From NCBI GenBank assembly GCA_038214755.1, contig JBBQRQ010000099.1:1-19142 (forward strand): a DNA stretch of 19,142 bases. Reading direction: 5' to 3'. Every line of letters begins with the position of its first letter. The stretch's first letter is position 1. The notes below the pieces were generated by a model that worked only from the letters and a program-made list of their open reading frames with translations, ran no database searches and was not told where the DNA came from. The translations under genes and the position numbers were made by a program. Positions 16,444 through 19,142 of the stretch are shown piece by piece. Source of the DNA: Verrucomicrobiota bacterium (lineage in GTDB: Bacteria; Verrucomicrobiota; Verrucomicrobiia; Limisphaerales; CANJXF01).

Positions 16444-17871
16444 ATGCCGCAACAACATCGGCTCATTTTAAAAAATATCGACGCGCCAGGTTACACGAAC
16501 GATCTCGATTGTTACGTGCGCCACGGTGGCTACGATGCTTTGAAAAAAGCCTTCGAGATGGGCCCGCGCATTTCGCCCGACGGCGGCACGGTGAGTGGTC
16601 CCGAAAAGATTCGCAAAACCGTTTTGGAATCGGGATTGCGCGGACGCGGCGGCGCAGGTTTTTCGTGCGGATTGAAATGGTCGTTTGTTGATCGCAAGAG
16701 CGGCAAACCGATTTATCTCATCTGCAACGCCGACGAATCCGAGCCGGGCACCTTCAAAGATCGGCAGATCATTTATAAAGATCCGCATCAGTTGATCGAA
16801 GGGATGATCATCTCCTGCTACGGGAACGATGTTCATCTCGCTTACATTTATATTCGCGGCGAATTTCCCGAAGGCGCGCGCATTTTGAAACGCGCATTAG
16901 CTGAAGCGAAGGCGAAAAATTTCCTCGGAAAAAACATTCTCGGCAGTGATTACGATCTGGAAATTTACATTCATCGCGGCGCGGGCGCTTACATTTGCGG
17001 CGAGGAAACCGGCCTCATCGAATCGCTTGAAGGCAAACGCGCTTATCCGCGCATCAAGCCGCCGTATTTTCCGGCAATTCTCGGCCTCTACATGTGTCCG
17101 ACCATCGTCAACAACGTCGAGACGCTTTGCCACGTGAAACACATCATCACGATGGGCGGCGCGGATTACGCGAAGCTCGGCACGCCGAACAACACCGGCA
17201 CGCGCATCGTCAGCTTGAGCGGCCAGGTGAAAAAGCCCGGCTATTACGAAATTGAAGTCGGCAAAGTCACTATCGGCGAATTGATCAATCACGAAAATTT
17301 CGGCGGTGGTTTGCTCGACGGTCGAAAATTAAAAGCCATTATTCCCGGCGGTTCTTCCGCGAAAGTTTTCAAAGCGGGCGAAAAATTTAAGCTCAAGAAA
17401 AAAGGCGCTGACGGCCAGATGACCACCGTCGAAGTGGACATGCTCGATTTGCCTTACGATTTCGATTCACTCCAGGCCGCCGGCAGCATGTCTGGTTCGA
17501 GCGCGATCATCGTGATGGACGACAGCGTGGACATCGTCGAAGCGCTCGCGAACCTCAGCGAATTTTACGCGCACGAAAGTTGCGGCCAATGCACGCCCTG
17601 CCGCGAAGGTTCGCTTTGGATGAGCAAAGCGCTCCATCGCATGACGCACGGCGAAGGCCGCAAACAAGACGCCGATTATTTAATCAACATCGCGCAAAAT
17701 ATCCAGGGCCGAACGATCTGCGCTTTCGGCGAAGCCTGCGCGTGGCCGGTGTTGAGTTTTGTGAAAAAATTTAAAGACGAATTCGAAGCCAAAGGTGCCG
17801 CCGACGAATCTCGCAACAAAGGCGCTGGCCCAACAAGCGAAATGAAAATCGCGGCCAGCCCGCAATTTTGA
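16444..17871 (+). CDS. nuoF: NADH-quinone oxidoreductase subunit F
   Basis: SGLRGRGGAGF, NADESEPGTFKDR, GAGAYICGEETGLIESLEG, NNVETL, ESCGQCTPCREG, TICAFG. Confidence 0.98.
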   Translation: MPQQHRLILKNIDAPGYTNDLDCYVRHGGYDALKKAFEMGPRISPDGGTVSGPEKIRKTVLESGLRGRGGAGFSCGLKWSFVDRKSGKPIYLICNADESEPGTFKDRQIIYKDPHQLIEGMIISCYGNDVHLAYIYIRGEFPEGARILKRALAEAKAKNFLGKNILGSDYDLEIYIHRGAGAYICGEETGLIESLEGKRAYPRIKPPYFPAILGLYMCPTIVNNVETLCHVKHIITMGGADYAKLGTPNNTGTRIVSLSGQVKKPGYYEIEVGKVTIGELINHENFGGGLLDGRKLKAIIPGGSSAKVFKAGEKFKLKKKGADGQMTTVEVDMLDLPYDFDSLQAAGSMSGSSAIIVMDDSVDIVEALANLSEFYAHESCGQCTPCREGSLWMSKALHRMTHGEGRKQDADYLINIAQNIQGRTICAFGEACAWPVLSFVKKFKDEFEAKGAADESRNKGAGPTSEMKIAASPQF

Positions 17872-17883
17872 TTTAATTATTCT

Positions 17884-18120
17884 ATGATTACCACAGCCCT
17901 TAAAATATGTATCGAAGCCCTGAGTCTGCCCCGCAAGTCACGGGCCGACCTTGCCCACCGTCTGCTGGTGAGCCTCGAAGATGAGCCAGCTGCGCCGGAA
18001 ATTGAGGATGCCTGGAAGAACACAGCCGAACGTCGCTTTGAAAATTTGAAAAAAGGCCAGACAACCGGTCGCGATGCGAAAAAAGCTGTGCGAGAGGCGC
18101 GCAAACGGCTGGCGAAATGA
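17884..18120 (+). CDS. Addiction module antitoxin component (TIGR02574-like)
   Basis: EALSLPRKSRADLAHRLLVSLE, IEDAW..AERR; upstream of a RelE/ParE gene with ATGA overlap. Confidence 0.88.
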   Translation: MITTALKICIEALSLPRKSRADLAHRLLVSLEDEPAAPEIEDAWKNTAERRFENLKKGQTTGRDAKKAVREARKRLAK

Positions 18121-18419
18121 GAGTGATTCTCGAACGCGAAGCCGACCAGGAAATGGTTGAAGCAGCGCAATATTACCATGAACAACAGCCCGAACTCGGT
18201 TCCGATTTTTTGGACAAGGTGGATTCAGCAATTGACAAGATTGCTTCCAACCCGCTTCGCTGCGCTTTTTATCGAGGCTCAAAGTTGGTTCGCAGCATTC
18301 GCATGGAACGCTTTCCCTATCGACTTTTGTTCGTGGTCGAGCCGAGCCGGATTTCGGTTGTCGCTGTCGCCCACCTTCATCGCCATCCCGATTTCTGGAA
18401 GCAGAGACTCCCTCAATAA
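18117..18419 (+). CDS. Type II TA RelE/ParE family toxin
   Basis: EADQEMVEAAQYYHEQQPELGSDF, RFPYRLLF, VVAVAHLHRHPDFW. Confidence 0.92.
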   Translation: MRVILEREADQEMVEAAQYYHEQQPELGSDFLDKVDSAIDKIASNPLRCAFYRGSKLVRSIRMERFPYRLLFVVEPSRISVVAVAHLHRHPDFWKQRLPQ

Positions 18420-18421
18420 CG

Positions 18422-19142
18422 ATGTCCACAGCACCAACAACTGAAACCAAACCCGCACCGCCGCCAGTCGATAAGATGAAAATCAAAATCGACGGGCGCG
18501 AAATTGAAGTGCCGAAGATGATGCCGGATTGGCAGGGCAAACCTCAGCCCACGACCATGCTGCAGGCTTGCGCGCTCGCCGGTCACGACGTACCGCATTA
18601 TTGTTATCATCCAAAATTGCCCATCGCCGGAAATTGCCGCATGTGCCTAGTTGAATTCGGCACGCCTGCGATGGGACCGGATCGCAAACCCGTTCTCAAC
18701 GAAGATGGCTCGCCTAAGATTGCGAAATCCGTTTTGCCTTACGAACCGACTTCGGCCCGCGGCGCGATTGCCTGCGCCACGCCGATTTCGCCCGGCATGG
18801 AAATTTATCCGAACTCTCCCGCGACCAAACAAATGCGCGAAGCGGTTCTGGAATCGCTGCTCATCAATCATCCGCTCGATTGCCCGATTTGCGATCAGGC
18901 TGGCGAATGCAAACTGCAGGAATATTCCGTCGATCACGGAAATGCGGGCAGCCGCTTCGTCGAAGAAAAAGTTCACAAACCCAAGCACGTTGATCTCGGC
19001 CCCCGCATCGTTCTCGACGACGAGCGTTGCATTCTCTGCTCGCGCTGCGTTCGTTTCACCAAAGACATCGTCGGCGACGACGCGCTCGGTTTCTCACAAC
19101 GCGGCAGCCATAACACGCTCACGAATTTTCCCGGCAAAACGT
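18422..19142 (+). CDS. nuoG: NADH-quinone oxidoreductase subunit G, N-terminal part (truncated by the window end)
   Basis: Hand translation: IKIDGREIEV, HYCYHPKLPIAGNCRMC, IACATP, HPLDCPICDQAGECKLQ, ERCILCSRCVRF; no stop before 19142. Confidence 0.96.
   Translation, partial: MSTAPTTETKPAPPPVDKMKIKIDGREIEVPKMMPDWQGKPQPTTMLQACALAGHDVPHYCYHPKLPIAGNCRMCLVEFGTPAMGPDRKPVLNEDGSPKIAKSVLPYEPTSARGAIACATPISPGMEIYPNSPATKQMREAVLESLLINHPLDCPICDQAGECKLQEYSVDHGNAGSRFVEEKVHKPKHVDLGPRIVLDDERCILCSRCVRFTKDIVGDDALGFSQRGSHNTLTNFPGKT

Noticed and set aside
10301..18419. Integron or CALIN cassette array as the explanation for the TA modules
   Set aside because: Most spacers are 12 nt or less, or are overlaps, leaving no room for attC sites. 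No intI is present, and the cassettes are interleaved with core genes.
18647..18772. 42-residue spacer between the third and fourth N1b cysteines of NuoG
   Set aside because: A similar long GPDxKPxLNExGxP-type loop is known in Thermus Nqo3, so this is lineage variation and not an intein or novelty.

Overview
Bacterial chromosomal window, probably Verrucomicrobiota judging by gene style and repeat families (inference only). The left half (1-8600) is ordinary: a small basic ORF, then five minus-strand genes (threonine aldolase, predicted outer-membrane protein, O-antigen-ligase/TPR protein, FAD oxidoreductase, ppk1), several of them separated by REP-like palindromic repeats. The right half (8650-19142) is a respiratory complex I operon (nuoB-C-D-E-F-G, no nuoA in front) in which every junction is interrupted. 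A four-layer nested repeat/MITE stack lies between nuoB and nuoC. Fourteen tightly coupled, apparently promoterless accessory genes fill the other junctions: five toxin-antitoxin-type pairs, a JAB-toxin/immunity-like pair, an orphan antitoxin and a VOC gene. An antisense tRNA-Gln also sits between nuoE and nuoF. No integrase, transposase or attC site is present. The nuoE-tRNA interval holds two diverged versions of the same unit in tandem ([nuoE 3' end]-[two-gene cargo]-[shared tail]), which looks like a footprint of how cargo is swapped in using the core genes as recombination anchors.
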